Positions 37,040 to 47,059 of a stretch of 64,000 bases of DNA are shown here, piece by piece (the first letter of the stretch is position 1; the number at the start of each line of letters is the position of its first letter). The notes beneath the pieces are model-generated. The model had not been told where the DNA came from and made no database searches. It worked only from the letters and a program-made list of their open reading frames with translations. This stretch comes from Singulisphaera sp. (GTDB taxonomy: Bacteria > Planctomycetota > Planctomycetia > Isosphaerales > Isosphaeraceae). Position numbers and translations under genes: made by a program. Location of the stretch: NCBI GenBank assembly GCA_027451445.1, contig DAIDJG010000067.1:414-64413 (forward strand). The letters are read 5' to 3'.

Positions 37040-37444
37040 TCAATCCGGAGGAAAACGCCCTTCAAAGAACAGGTTCTCGCGCAACATCACCCGTGCCGGC
37101 GCGTTCATATTCAAGACTTGCACGGTGACCCGTCCCGTCAGCGTCTTTCCCACAAGGATTGTGTGGTCCCAGTGGAAGTGGCGTTTCCACTTCTGTTTGC
37201 GGGGATCGAACAGTGGGTAGATCCGGTTCCCAATCCGACCGGACAGATTGGGGCCCTTCGCAAGGTTGCACTCCGCGCAGGCGAGACAGAGGTTATCGGC
37301 ATCGTCGGAACCAAAGTGCTGCTTCGCCACAATATGCTCGACGTGGAACGAAAAGAAGTCGGCATCCAACTGGTGCAGTTGGCAGTATTCGCAACGATGC
37401 GCTGCCCGCTTCCACACGAGGGCCCTGACGGCAGCGTCCATCAC
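37040..37444 (-). CDS. HNH endonuclease
   Basis: 'CEYCQL...FHVEHIVAKQHFGSDDADNLCLACAECNLAKG' is the HNH/Cys-box motif. Confidence 0.85.
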   Translation of the reverse strand: MMDAAVRALVWKRAAHRCEYCQLHQLDADFFSFHVEHIVAKQHFGSDDADNLCLACAECNLAKGPNLSGRIGNRIYPLFDPRKQKWKRHFHWDHTILVGKTLTGRVTVQVLNMNAPARVMLRENLFFEGRFPPD

Positions 37445-37710
37445 GGCCCCGACGAGTTGGCGAGGAGCTGGCGCGCTTTGGATTTGAGGATGGCGATGAA
37501 TGTGCCGTACGACACATAGGTCCGGTAGTCGGCCTCTTCCTCAGGGGAGAGGGATCCGGAGCTATACCGCGCGGCCAACTCGTTAACGCGGGCCTGTAGC
37601 GTTGCGTCTGCGCGCAGCGCAAGGACCCGCCGCGCTGACTCGACCGTCAAACAGTCGCCAAGCGGTTCCAACAGATGGTCGAGAATGGGCATCGCTTCGG
37701 GAGAGTCCAT
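37441..37710 (-). CDS. Small hypothetical protein coupled to the HNH gene (antitoxin-like partner)
   Basis: 89-aa helical ORF. Its TGA overlaps the HNH start (GTGA at 37441-37444). Confidence 0.55.
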   Translation of the reverse strand: MDSPEAMPILDHLLEPLGDCLTVESARRVLALRADATLQARVNELAARYSSGSLSPEEEADYRTYVSYGTFIAILKSKARQLLANSSGP

Positions 37711-38407
37711 CGCTCAAGTGTACTCGGTGCCTTGAGCGATGACCATCGAGAACGAGCCAGAAGAGCGGGGTACCGACCGCGCCCAAGACCTGCGGCGTTT
37801 GACGGGGTTGAGCGGCAATCCCCGCTCGCTTAGGACGCAACGATATCGGCCGGGCACGAGATTGAACCAACCTGCGAGGATCATGTCGTCCCTCGATCCC
37901 AGGGAACCGGCGCGTCTTAAAGATCTCATCGAGTGAGTTGGTCCGCGCGAAATTGGTGACGGTTCGGTTTACCGTCGATAAAATGAATTGACACTGATTT
38001 CGGACACTGATTTCGCATCCGAGTGGAACGCGCTCGCGATGAAAGTCACCAACGTGGCCGATGCGAATCGGTTTGTGCGGACCGCCTACAGGGAAGGGTG
38101 GCGCGAAAAGGGCCTGTCATGAGGCTTGCGCCGCGCTTTTCCGGGCTCCCGATGTCGCGAGGCAAGTTGAGATGGCGCGTCCTATGGGCCGTTCCGAAGC
38201 GGGTCGGTGCAGCCCTCCAACGGTGTTACCACGAACGTTACGTGCGAGTCGGTCGTGAACGGTCCTCGGGTACTCACCGACAAATCCTTTCACCTTACCA
38301 CCGTCCCGGGAGCAGGGATACGGGAAATTCTCCGCGCTTGGTAAACTGATACCAATGAAGTCGTGGCAGACAATTCGCGCTTACCCCCACGCGAGGAGTT
38401 AACCTTC

Positions 38408-38653
38408 ATGAACACCGTCACGCTCGACGAAGCGAAGTGCCGCCTGGCGGAATTGCTCAACCAACTCCAACCCGGTGAGGAGCTCACGATCATCGCCAAT
38501 GGCCATCCCGTTGCGCAGATGAGAAAGGCCGAGCGGACGTCGTGGCCATCCAAGGCCGGTAGCTACCAGAAGCCAGGGTTTTGGATGGCATCGGACTTTG
38601 ACGCGCCGCTCGACGACTTCAGGGAGTACAGGGAGTGCGGATTATCGCGATGA
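38408..38653 (+). CDS. Phd/YefM-like (VapB-type) antitoxin
   Basis: ATG at 38408 gives 'MNTVTLDEAKCRLAELLNQLQPGEELTIIANGHPVA'. The C-terminus is 'FWMASDFDAPLDDFREY'. Confidence 0.7.
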   Translation: MNTVTLDEAKCRLAELLNQLQPGEELTIIANGHPVAQMRKAERTSWPSKAGSYQKPGFWMASDFDAPLDDFREYRECGLSR

Positions 38654-38958
38654 ATGCTCTGAGATTGTTCTGGGAAAAACACCCACGGGCTGAAGCTCCC
38701 TTGCTCAATTTTGTCGACGCTGTCAAAGCTGTGAACTGGAAATCATTCAGTGAGCTCAGGGCGACTTTCCCATCAGCGGACCGATATAATGACTATTTTA
38801 TTTTTAACATCGGCGGCAATCATTTTCGTTTGATTGCATGGATTCACTATTCGAGGACGATCAGGAACGGCCGCCAATCCATCGGTCGCATCTACGTTCG
38901 TCACGTACTCACCCATGCCGAGTATGATACAGGCGATTGGAAGGTCGAGTGCAATTAG
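38635..38958 (+). CDS. higB: HigB-family toxin (RelE-fold mRNA interferase)
   Basis: '(V)RIIAMNALRLFWEKHP...NDYFIFNIGGNHFRLIAWIHY...VLTHAEYD'. The GTG at 38635 lies 9 nt after 'agggag'. The region is AT-richer than its surroundings. Confidence 0.8.
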   Translation: MRIIAMNALRLFWEKHPRAEAPLLNFVDAVKAVNWKSFSELRATFPSADRYNDYFIFNIGGNHFRLIAWIHYSRTIRNGRQSIGRIYVRHVLTHAEYDTGDWKVECN

Positions 38959-39024
38959 CGTGACGTCTCGAGAGGACGTAGTCTCTTTCCGTTATTTCAC
39001 TCTTTCACAGACGGAGCTGACAGC

Positions 39025-39441
39025 GTGGCCACGAGAATCCGACCGATTCCCAGGAAATACCTGAGTCTCATCGAAGCTTACCGTCTGCGTCCGATTCGTT
39101 CCGAGGAAGACCACAGGCGTGCGCTGGCTGTGGCTGAGGGTTTAATGAAGCGCCAGGATTTGGACGAGGACGAGGACGATTACCTCGATGTCCTTTCCTC
39201 CCTCATTGAGGAATATGAGCGAGACGCGTACGCGATCAAGAGCACAACCGGACCGGGCATGATCAAGTTCTTGATTGATACACGGGGCGAGACACAAGCG
39301 AAAGTCGCCAGGGCAACGGGTATTCCGGAGTCATCGCTGTCGGACATGATCAGCGGTAAACGGAGCATCGCAGCGCGGCACCTTTCGATTTTGGGAAAGT
39401 ATTTCCATATCGATCCGGCTGTGTTTCTGAAGCGAGACTGA
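39025..39441 (+). CDS. higA: HigA-family antitoxin (XRE-type HTH)
   Basis: N-terminal 'RPIRSEEDHRRALAVAEGLM...DDYLDVLSSLIEEYE' and C-terminal HTH 'ETQAKVARATGIPESSLSDMISGKR'. Confidence 0.8.
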   Translation: MATRIRPIPRKYLSLIEAYRLRPIRSEEDHRRALAVAEGLMKRQDLDEDEDDYLDVLSSLIEEYERDAYAIKSTTGPGMIKFLIDTRGETQAKVARATGIPESSLSDMISGKRSIAARHLSILGKYFHIDPAVFLKRD

Positions 39442-39614
39442 GGCCATTCGCGAGGTCGGGACTGAAGTCTGTCGCGATCCGCCCGCGGTGGCTGCGGACT
39501 GACACGCCCTGCCGAGTGATCACACGACGCCAATTACTCGCGATGATTCGACGGCTCGGACGAAGCCTCGCACTCCCAAATCAACTTGCGCATCACATCC
39601 AGGCATCCAGAAGT

Positions 39615-40748
39615 TTAATCTTCATCCCCCGGTGGAGCGGCGGGTTCGCCGTTGCTCGGGCCCGAGTCGACCAGCTCATTCTCGTCGATACGGAACTCGG
39701 CGAGCTTCTTGTGCAGGGTGTTGCGGTTGATCCCCAGGCGGGCGGCGGCCTTGATCTGGACGCGGTCGCAGGTTTGGAGGACTTGCTGGATCAGCTCGCG
39801 CTCCACCTGGCCGACGACTCGGTTGTGCAGGTCGTTGGAGTTCGGCCCCGCGGCGCGGATCCCTTGGCGAACGAGCTCGGCGGTCAAGGCCGCAAGGTCG
39901 CCCCCACGCGGGGCGCGGATCGGCCGGGGGGCGGACTCGCCGCGAAGCTGGGGGGGTAGGTGCTCGACCTGCAACTCGGGCCCTTCTCCCAGGACCACGG
40001 CGCGCTCGACGTAGTTCTGAAGCTCGCGCACATTGCCCGGCCAGTCGTGCTCGCGCAATAATCGCATCGCTTCCGGGTGAACCCGACGCACCTCGCGCTT
40101 GTTCTGCTCGCCGTAGCGCTTGAGGAAGAACTCGACCAACGGACCGATGTCCTCTCGGCGTTCGCGCAGAGGGGGCAAATACACGGGGACAACGTTCAAG
40201 CGATAATACAGGTCTTCACGGAACCGGCCGGCGTCGATCTCGTCGAGAAGGTCGCGGTTGGTCGCGGCGATGATGCGGGTGTCGACCTTCTTGGTGTTTG
40301 TGTCACCGACGCGCTCGAACTCACCCTCCTGCAAGATGCGCAGGAGCTTGACCTGGAGCTTGGGCGAGGTGCTGTTGATCTCGTCGAGGAAGATGCTGCC
40401 CGTGTGAGCGGCCTCGAAGCGGCCGGTGCGGTTGTCGACGGCGCCCGTGAAGGCGCCTTTGACGTGGCCGAAGAGCTCGCTTTCGAGCAGGCTCTCGGTC
40501 AACGCGCCGCAGTTGACGCGGATGTAGGCACCAGTGGCGCGGGGGCTGAGGTCGTGCACGGCGCGGGCGATCAGTTCCTTTCCGGTGCCCGTTTCGCCGA
40601 CGATCAAGACACAGGCGCGGGCCTTCGCGACGCGCACGGTCGTCCGGTACACCTCGCGCATCGCCGGACCGCTGCCGATCACGCCAGGCAGGGTGACATC
40701 GTCCCCCGTGGCACTCTTTTTGGGGAAACGGTCATAGGGTGATTGCAT
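39615..40748 (-). CDS. Sigma54-dependent transcriptional activator (AAA+ core + Fis HTH) lacking an N-terminal sensory or receiver domain
   Basis: 'GETGTGKELIARAVH', 'GAFTGA', 'ESELFGH', and C-terminal 'AARLGINRNTLHKKL'. Only about 20 residues precede the AAA+ core. Confidence 0.9.
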   Translation of the reverse strand: MQSPYDRFPKKSATGDDVTLPGVIGSGPAMREVYRTTVRVAKARACVLIVGETGTGKELIARAVHDLSPRATGAYIRVNCGALTESLLESELFGHVKGAFTGAVDNRTGRFEAAHTGSIFLDEINSTSPKLQVKLLRILQEGEFERVGDTNTKKVDTRIIAATNRDLLDEIDAGRFREDLYYRLNVVPVYLPPLRERREDIGPLVEFFLKRYGEQNKREVRRVHPEAMRLLREHDWPGNVRELQNYVERAVVLGEGPELQVEHLPPQLRGESAPRPIRAPRGGDLAALTAELVRQGIRAAGPNSNDLHNRVVGQVERELIQQVLQTCDRVQIKAAARLGINRNTLHKKLAEFRIDENELVDSGPSNGEPAAPPGDED

Positions 40749-40990
40749 CGCCGCACGTCCTTCCGGAGACCCTCAAGGCCAGCCCTCGCGACGGGCCGGG
40801 CGAGTGGGCACTCCCCATTTCCTTCCGATAACGATCGATTGCGTCCGAGACGGCCCTTGGTTCGGGTGTCACGCGTGTCTCTCGAGAGAGGGCTCGCTCC
40901 CACGAAGAGAGGCCCACGAAAGCGTGGGACGGTCACGCGGTTTGAGGCGTTCCGTTGGCTTGAGCGGGTTGGGGTCTCATTCCAGGGCGA

Positions 40991-43339
40991 TTACGGTTTG
41001 GCCTCCGAGTTTGGGGCCGCGGCGTCAGGCGAAGCCGGGGGAGAGGCCGGCTCCGGCGTGGGAGAGGGCTGCGCCGGGGGGTTAGAGGTGCTGGTCAACG
41101 GGGTCCGAAAACGTTGTAACCGCGCACCGACTGGGGCCGTCTTCGGGCGCAGGGCCCCCACGACTGCGGCCAGGCCGTTGCGCAGGGCCGGATCAGTCGC
41201 CTCGTCGAGTGCGGAGAGCAGTTTGGCCTCCTGATCCGTAGCCACCAAGGGGCCGTAATGCTGGATGCTGCGGGCGAGCTGAGCCGCGGCGCGATAACGC
41301 AGCTCGGCCGGCGTGTCCGGGTTGAGCAAGGCGTCGGCCAGACCCCGCTGAGCCGACTGCGCGGGAACGTCGCCCAGCGCCACGACGGCGGAAGGGGCAG
41401 TCGAGGCCGCGTTCAGCGCACCCCTCAAGGTCGGCTCGACGGCCGTGAGGTCGGCCTCGAATGGGCTTCCCGTCATCTGTGCGATATACGCCAGGAGACC
41501 CGTCGCGGCGGTCGCGTAGCTGGAGCGCTCGGCCTCGGACAACTGCTCAGGCCGAACGCCGAGCTGACGTTCGAGGATCTGGGCGCTCGTCGGCTGGACG
41601 ATCAGCTTGACCCCGGGGAACGTCTCCTTGAGGTAGTCGAGCTTCCATTCCAGGTTCAAGGGCCCGACGATATAGAGCGGAATGCTCGCCGTGCGGGCGT
41701 CGGCCCTCAGGTTCGAGAGCGTATCGACCAGTCTCCACGAGCCCTGGATCAGGTGGTTGTCGATCAGGACCAGCTCGACGTCGGCCGTCTCCGCGGCGGC
41801 ACGGAAGCCCTCATCGCCGGTTGAGGCCAGCACGGGCTCGTAGCCCAGGGACTTCAAGTAGCCCGTGAGCCGGCTCCCTCGCGACGAGTTGCCGTCGATG
41901 ACGACCGCGCGAGGCGGGGCCTGGTTCCCGACGAAACGAGCCAGGAGCGGCACCACCCGGCTCGAACCCGCGAACGGCCTGCGCGGGGAAAGCATGACCA
42001 GGGCCCTCGCGGCCGCGAACTGAACCCGCCGGCTCGGCGCTGAGAGGGCCTGAACGAGGGGCGACGGCCGGCCGTCAAACGCAAGGGCGTTTCCGTCGGT
42101 GATCTGTCCCAGGGCCGTGACAGCCGCACCGGCAAGGTCGTATTTGCCGTTGATGAGCGCGGCTCGCACGACCGCTCCCAGCACCTCCGGTCCCGAGGCG
42201 GTCGCGGTCGCAAACGCCCCCGAGGGGTCGTGGGCCGGGAAGTCGGTGTAACCGGCACGTTCGACCGCTTGTTCCAACGCCAGACTCAGGAACGCAACCT
42301 GTGCACCGAGGTTCGAGGGTTCGAGGTTCAGCGCCTCGCCCGCGTACTTCAGGCCGAAATACGCTTCCGCGTCGCTCCGAGACACCGATCGTGCCACCGG
42401 CAGAAGCTCCGCATCGTCCCAAACCCAGATCAGAATCGAGTCCGAAGGGAAGCGGAGCGCATGGAGGTGATACCGCAGCGCCTCCTCCGTCAGAAGATGG
42501 ACCGACGACTGGAGCCGGCTGCCCCAGGGCCGCCGCTGCAAGCGTCCCACCGCATCCGCAGCCACGGCATCGCCCCGCGCGGCCAGATAGGTGAGTTGAG
42601 GGATCGCCCGAAGCTCGCCCATCGCCGCCAGCGCGTCCGCCGCGTCATGCACCAGGTTGGGGTCGGGACTGTCCAGGCAGGCGATCAGGGGAGGACCTGC
42701 CGTCCGGTCCAGGCGCCCCATGTTATAGACGATCGATGCCCGCTCGTCAGCGCTCAGACCCGGCCGTTGCAACGTGCGCACCAGGTGAGGGATCGCGTAG
42801 GGCCCCGCCTCTCGAAGCCTGCGGACCGCGTACGCCTGCTCTTCCTTCGACTTGGTCAACGCGCTGATGAACCGCTGAATGCGATCGGGGCGCGTGGCCT
42901 GGCGAAGTTCCGCGGCCTCGAGCATCTCAATCAGAGGTTTGGCGACCGACCGAGTCTGCGGGTAGTCATCCAGGTGGAGGATCGACCCCGCGCCGTAGCG
43001 GTCGCGGATCTTGAGCAGGGTCTCGTCGTCGGGCTTGCTCTCCAGCAGCTTCTTCAAGTAGGGAACCGCCTGTTCCACCTGGCCGGAGCTGATCAGGTAG
43101 TCGACGACCTCCCACAACTCCATCGGCGTTTCCGGCGCCTTGGCGAATCCAAAGGGAACGGCCGGCGCGTTCGATTTCGGCGTGGGGGCCGGCGCTTCGG
43201 CTTTGGCGGCGGCTTTGGCTTCACCTTGGGCCTCTTGCCCCTTCACCCCAGGCGCAAGCGCCAGGGCCGCGCAGGCCGACAGCGCGGAAACGCCCGCGAT
43301 CAAGGCCAGGCGGTCTCGAAAAGACAGGGCTCGATGCAT
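40991..43339 (-). CDS. Signal-peptide-bearing HEAT-repeat protein with an internal receiver (REC)-like domain
   Basis: N-terminus 'MHRALSFRDRLALIAGVSALSACAALALAPG'. HEAT-like 'LDSPDPNLVHDAADALAAMG'. REC-like 'RAVVIDGNSSRGSRLTGYLKSLGYEPVLASTGDEGF...VELVLIDNHL'. Confidence 0.75.
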   Translation of the reverse strand: MHRALSFRDRLALIAGVSALSACAALALAPGVKGQEAQGEAKAAAKAEAPAPTPKSNAPAVPFGFAKAPETPMELWEVVDYLISSGQVEQAVPYLKKLLESKPDDETLLKIRDRYGAGSILHLDDYPQTRSVAKPLIEMLEAAELRQATRPDRIQRFISALTKSKEEQAYAVRRLREAGPYAIPHLVRTLQRPGLSADERASIVYNMGRLDRTAGPPLIACLDSPDPNLVHDAADALAAMGELRAIPQLTYLAARGDAVAADAVGRLQRRPWGSRLQSSVHLLTEEALRYHLHALRFPSDSILIWVWDDAELLPVARSVSRSDAEAYFGLKYAGEALNLEPSNLGAQVAFLSLALEQAVERAGYTDFPAHDPSGAFATATASGPEVLGAVVRAALINGKYDLAGAAVTALGQITDGNALAFDGRPSPLVQALSAPSRRVQFAAARALVMLSPRRPFAGSSRVVPLLARFVGNQAPPRAVVIDGNSSRGSRLTGYLKSLGYEPVLASTGDEGFRAAAETADVELVLIDNHLIQGSWRLVDTLSNLRADARTASIPLYIVGPLNLEWKLDYLKETFPGVKLIVQPTSAQILERQLGVRPEQLSEAERSSYATAATGLLAYIAQMTGSPFEADLTAVEPTLRGALNAASTAPSAVVALGDVPAQSAQRGLADALLNPDTPAELRYRAAAQLARSIQHYGPLVATDQEAKLLSALDEATDPALRNGLAAVVGALRPKTAPVGARLQRFRTPLTSTSNPPAQPSPTPEPASPPASPDAAAPNSEAKP

Positions 43340-43399
43340 GGTCTCGGGTCCACCTTGCTCGGGGCCAGAAGGGAGTGAGGACAGGTGCCAGGGATACGG

Positions 43400-44680
43400 T
43401 TACAGTCGTTCCTGAAGGATCAGGTCGTCATACGTTTCGCGGCGCCGGACGAGCCGGGCATTCGTGCCCTCGACAAGAACTTCAGCCGCGCGGGGCCGCG
43501 TGTTGTAGTTGGAGGCCATGACCATGCCGTAAGCCCCGGCCGAGAACGTCGCGAGCAGGGCACCCCTCTCCAAACGAGGGAGTGCACGATCCTTGGCCAG
43601 GAAGTCGCCACTCTCACAAACCGGGCCCACAACGTCCCAAGGGTCCGTTCCCGCAATCGCACCCTCGAAATCGTCAGGGGGGGCAGGAAGACCGGACGGG
43701 ACCGAGACCGGCCAGATCTTGTGAAACGACTCGTACAACGCCGGGCGGATCAGGTCGTTCATCGCCGCATCTTGAATCAGGAATCGCTTCTCGCCCGACT
43801 GCTTGGTATATAACACACGACTGACCAGGATGCCTGCGTTCCCGGACATCACCCGCCCCGGCTCCATGGCCAACCGGCACCCCGTACTCTGCACCGCCGG
43901 CACAATCACGTCTGCGAATGCCTGGATCGGCTTCGCCTCGTGCGCCTTGTAGTCGATCCCAAATCCCCCGCCCACATTATACCAACGGACAGGATGACCC
44001 ATTTTACGCAGTTTCTCGATGATGTCGACCCCCTTGGCCACGGCACCGGCGTAAGGCTCGACGGTTGTGATCTGCGAGCCGATATGCATATGCATACCGA
44101 TCATGGTGAGGCTGGGGATTTTGACGGCCGATTCGGCCACGCGGAGTGCGCGGTCGATGTCCATGCCGAACTTGGATTCTTTTTTGCCTGTGGAGATATA
44201 GCGGTGGGTTTTGGGGTCAACGTCGGGGTTGACCCGGAGTGCGATCGGCGCGACCTTGCCCGCCTGACTGGCGACCCGGGCGATGTTCTCGAGTTCTTCC
44301 TCGCTCTCGACGTTGAACATCAGCACGCCGGCCACGAGTGCTTCCTCGATCTCTTCGTCGGTCTTGCCGACGCCCGCGAAGACCGTTTTCCCCGGGTCTC
44401 CCCCCGCCGCAACAACGCGGTAGAGTTCGCCGCCGGAAACGACGTCGAAGCCGCTGCCGCGTTCGGCGAGCATCTTGAGGATGCCCAGGTTCGAGTTCGC
44501 CTTCATGGCGTAACAGATTAGAGGATCGACCGCCGCAAAAGCGGTGCGCAGGGCGTTGAAGGTGTCCAGAAAGGCCGCCTGGCTGTAGACGTAGAGCGGT
44601 GTCCCGAACTGTTCGGCCAGGTCGGCGACGGGGAGGTCTTCGCAGTAGAGCTGGCCGCCGCGGTAGTGAAAGTGGTCCAT
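43400..44680 (-). CDS. lysA: Diaminopimelate decarboxylase
   Basis: 'GTPLYVYS', 'YAMKANSNLGILKMLAERGSGFDVVSGGEL', 'HMHIGSQ', 'CESGD'. ATG at 44680; the listed ORF begins at a TTG at 44728. Confidence 0.95.
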   Translation of the reverse strand: MDHFHYRGGQLYCEDLPVADLAEQFGTPLYVYSQAAFLDTFNALRTAFAAVDPLICYAMKANSNLGILKMLAERGSGFDVVSGGELYRVVAAGGDPGKTVFAGVGKTDEEIEEALVAGVLMFNVESEEELENIARVASQAGKVAPIALRVNPDVDPKTHRYISTGKKESKFGMDIDRALRVAESAVKIPSLTMIGMHMHIGSQITTVEPYAGAVAKGVDIIEKLRKMGHPVRWYNVGGGFGIDYKAHEAKPIQAFADVIVPAVQSTGCRLAMEPGRVMSGNAGILVSRVLYTKQSGEKRFLIQDAAMNDLIRPALYESFHKIWPVSVPSGLPAPPDDFEGAIAGTDPWDVVGPVCESGDFLAKDRALPRLERGALLATFSAGAYGMVMASNYNTRPRAAEVLVEGTNARLVRRRETYDDLILQERL

Positions 44681-44749
44681 GGGGTTTGGGTCGCTCGGGT
44701 CGTTGAGGAAACGGTGTTGTTGGGTCAATGAGCCTGTGGAGCGGGCTCG

Positions 44750-44959
44750 TTAGGGACCAGCGTTCGCAAGAGAGTCATCACTGAGGCCTAATTGGCGTTT
44801 GACCTCGTCGAGAGGCACGGTGGGACCGTGTTTGGCAGACGTTTCGAGAAACGCCATCAACTCTTTGTTCGAGCGTGTACGCGCGATCTCTTGATCGAAG
44901 TCGTCCGATGCGATGCTCAAATTGCCTTTGGGCCTGAGACCGGCACGCTTGGGCATCAT
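44750..44959 (-). CDS. Small hypothetical protein, possibly a truncated antitoxin
   Basis: 69-aa ORF with lower GC3 than its neighbours. 'DDFDQEIARTRSNKELMAFLETSAKHGPTVPLDEVKRQLGL' resembles antitoxin C-terminal tails. No partner was seen. Confidence 0.35.
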   Translation of the reverse strand: MMPKRAGLRPKGNLSIASDDFDQEIARTRSNKELMAFLETSAKHGPTVPLDEVKRQLGLSDDSLANAGP

Positions 44960-45119
44960 GTCAATCCTCGACTCGACGGAGGAGCAAGAAATTCATGGCC
45001 TGCGTCTTCGAACGAAGCTTATACTCAGACGTCCGACAAAGTTTGACCTCAAACCACTTAAATTAAGGTGCGATATATTCGTGTATGATAAGGTGCCCTA
45101 AGCGGTTTGCGGTTCGACG

Positions 45120-45419
45120 TCAGGATAATCGCGCACGCCAGCGCCGGGGATCGCGCCGATTGTGAAACACGCCCAAGACAGCGATGTGATCGTCTCCTAC
45201 TCGGTAATAGACTGCGTAAGGGAATCGGTGAACTAGGGACCGACGGGCATTGTTCCCAAGGGGCTCCCCCGCCTCTGGCAGGCGCTGGAGGCGGTCGAGA
45301 GTCTCTTCGAGGCAGAGCAGAAACTCATCGCCCAAACCCGTTCGCTGCCTATCATACCAGGCTTGTGCATCGGCGATGTCTGCCTCGGCGTCAGGGCGGA
45401 TGATGAGAATCCGATTCAC
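45120..45419 (-). CDS. parE: ParE/RelE-family toxin
   Basis: 'PDAEADIADAQAWYDRQRTGLGDEFL...HRFPYAVYYRVGDDHIAVLGVFHNRRDP'. The GTG at 45419 overlaps the antitoxin stop (GTGA). Confidence 0.8.
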   Translation of the reverse strand: MNRILIIRPDAEADIADAQAWYDRQRTGLGDEFLLCLEETLDRLQRLPEAGEPLGNNARRSLVHRFPYAVYYRVGDDHIAVLGVFHNRRDPRRWRARLS

Positions 45420-45640
45420 GATTGCCCTCGCAAGCGTGCTTTGACCTCTTCCCATGAGGATCCCGCCTTCGGATCAGCCTCGTAGTCCGCAAGGCGACGT
45501 TCCAGCTCTTCCCGTTGCGCTGGCGTCATTGGGACGGCTTCAGGTGTCTCGGCAATGCTTTCCCAGATCTCCTCCACGAGAAGAATTCGTTGGGCAACGC
45601 TCAACTGGTCAATGCCGAGGTTCTTCATGATCGAAGACAT
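45416..45640 (-). CDS. Addiction-module antitoxin (Unstab_antitox/TIGR02574-like)
   Basis: 'LSVAQRILLVEEIWESIAETPEAVPMTPAQREELERRLADYEADP'. Confidence 0.75.
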   Translation of the reverse strand: MSSIMKNLGIDQLSVAQRILLVEEIWESIAETPEAVPMTPAQREELERRLADYEADPKAGSSWEEVKARLRGQS

Positions 45641-45679
45641 GGATGCGTTTCTCCACAATCCGCGTTTCGACGTTAACCG

Positions 45680-47059
45680 TTACTTAAGACGATCACACCA
45701 AATACCGATCTGCCTCTCCACCTCTTCCGGGGCCGTCGAGCCAAACGAGCGAAACGCTTTCACGGCATTCGCCACGCCCAACTGCTCTTTGACCTTCGGT
45801 CCCAACTTTGGGTTCGCCCGGGAGAACTCCTCCTCGGGGAGGTCGGCCAGTCGATTGAGCCCCTTTTGCTCGCAGAGGCCCACCAGGTGGCCGATTACTT
45901 CATGAGCGGTCCGCTGAGGGATGCCTTCGCGGATGAGGTACTCCATCAAGGTCGTTGCGTCGAGATAGCCCTCGTCGAGCCGTTCGTTGATTCGGTCCGT
46001 ACGGAGCTTCGCCCCTTCCACGACGACCGCCGCCAGGTCGAGGCAGGCCTCGACGGTGTCGAACGCCTCGAACAACGGGGGTTTGTCTTCCTGGAGGTCA
46101 CGATTGTAGGCGAGCGGAAGCCCCTTCACCAGGACGAGGAGAGTTTGGAGCGCCCCGATCACCCGACCGGTCCGCCCTCGGATGAGCTCGAGGACGTCGG
46201 GGTTCTTCTTCTGGGGCATGATGCTGCTGCCGGTGCAGATTGCATCGGGGAGCGCGAGGAACGAGAACTCCTGCGTGCTCCAGAGGACCCACTCCTCGGC
46301 CCAGCCCGACAGATGAACGGCGATCAGCGAAAGGACGGACGCTGACTCGATGGCAAAATCGCGGTCACTCGACACGTCCAGGCTGTTGGCCGCAACATCC
46401 GCGAATCCCAACGACTGCGCCACATGGGTGCGGTCAATCGGCAGCGTGGTACCGGCGAGCGCCGCGGCCCCGAGGGGGAGGACGTTGAGACGCTCCCGGC
46501 AGTCTCTCACCCGGCTCCGGTCGCGCGCGAGCTTTTCGACATACGCCAGGAAGTAGTGAGCCGCGAGGACGGGCTGCGCCCGTTGGAGATGCGTATAGCC
46601 CGGCAGGATCACGTCGCGATGCCGTCCGGCCGCGTCAAGAAAGGCACGCTGGAGCGTGACGAGCCCACCATCGATCCGGTCCAGGGCATCGCGGGTCCAG
46701 AGCTTGAGGTCGGTCGCCACCTGGTCATTGCGGCTGCGCGCCGTGTGGAGCTTCCTCCCCACGTCGCCAAGCTTCTCAATGAGGGCCGCCTCGATGTGCA
46801 TGTGGATGTCTTCGCGCTCGAGCACGAATTCAAACCGGCCCGCCTCAATCTCTGCCTGGATTTCGGACAGACCCTGCACGATTTGCTGGCATTCATCAGT
46901 CGTTAACAATTCGACGTGAGCGAGCATCCGCGCGTGGGCGATCGAACCCTGGATATCGTGCTTGAAGAGGCGACGATCAAAGGAGATGGATTCCGTAAAC
47001 TGTTCTACGCGACGGTCCGTTTTGCCTTCGAACCGGCCGCCCCAGGGCTTGTTCGCCAC
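45680..47059 (-). CDS. argH: Argininosuccinate lyase
   Basis: 'KPWGGRFEG', 'SIAHARML', '[10 protein letters not shown]', '[12 protein letters not shown]'. Confidence 0.95.
   Translation of the reverse strand: MANKPWGGRFEGKTDRRVEQFTESISFDRRLFKHDIQGSIAHARMLAHVELLTTDECQQIVQGLSEIQAEIEAGRFEFVLEREDIHMHIEAALIEKLGDVGRKLHTARSRNDQVATDLKLWTRDALDRIDGGLVTLQRAFLDAAGRHRDVILPGYTHLQRAQPVLAAHYFLAYVEKLARDRSRVRDCRERLNVLPLGAAALAGTTLPIDRTHVAQSLGFADVAANSLDVSSDRDFAIESASVLSLIAVHLSGWAEEWVLWSTQEFSFLALPDAICTGSSIMPQKKNPDVLELIRGRTGRVIGALQTLLVLVKGLPLAYNRDLQEDKPPLFEAFDTVEACLDLAAVVVEGAKLRTDRINERLDEGYLDATTLMEYLIREGIPQRTAHEVIGHLVGLCEQKGLNRLADLPEEEFSRANPKLGPKVKEQLGVANAVKAFRSFGSTAPEEVERQIGIWCDRLK

Noticed and set aside
37714-38349. 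Several 65-108-aa ORFs in the 700-bp gap before the Phd-like gene.
   Set aside because: They have Arg-rich, non-protein-like translations in mutually overlapping frames. No motifs and no start-site context were found.
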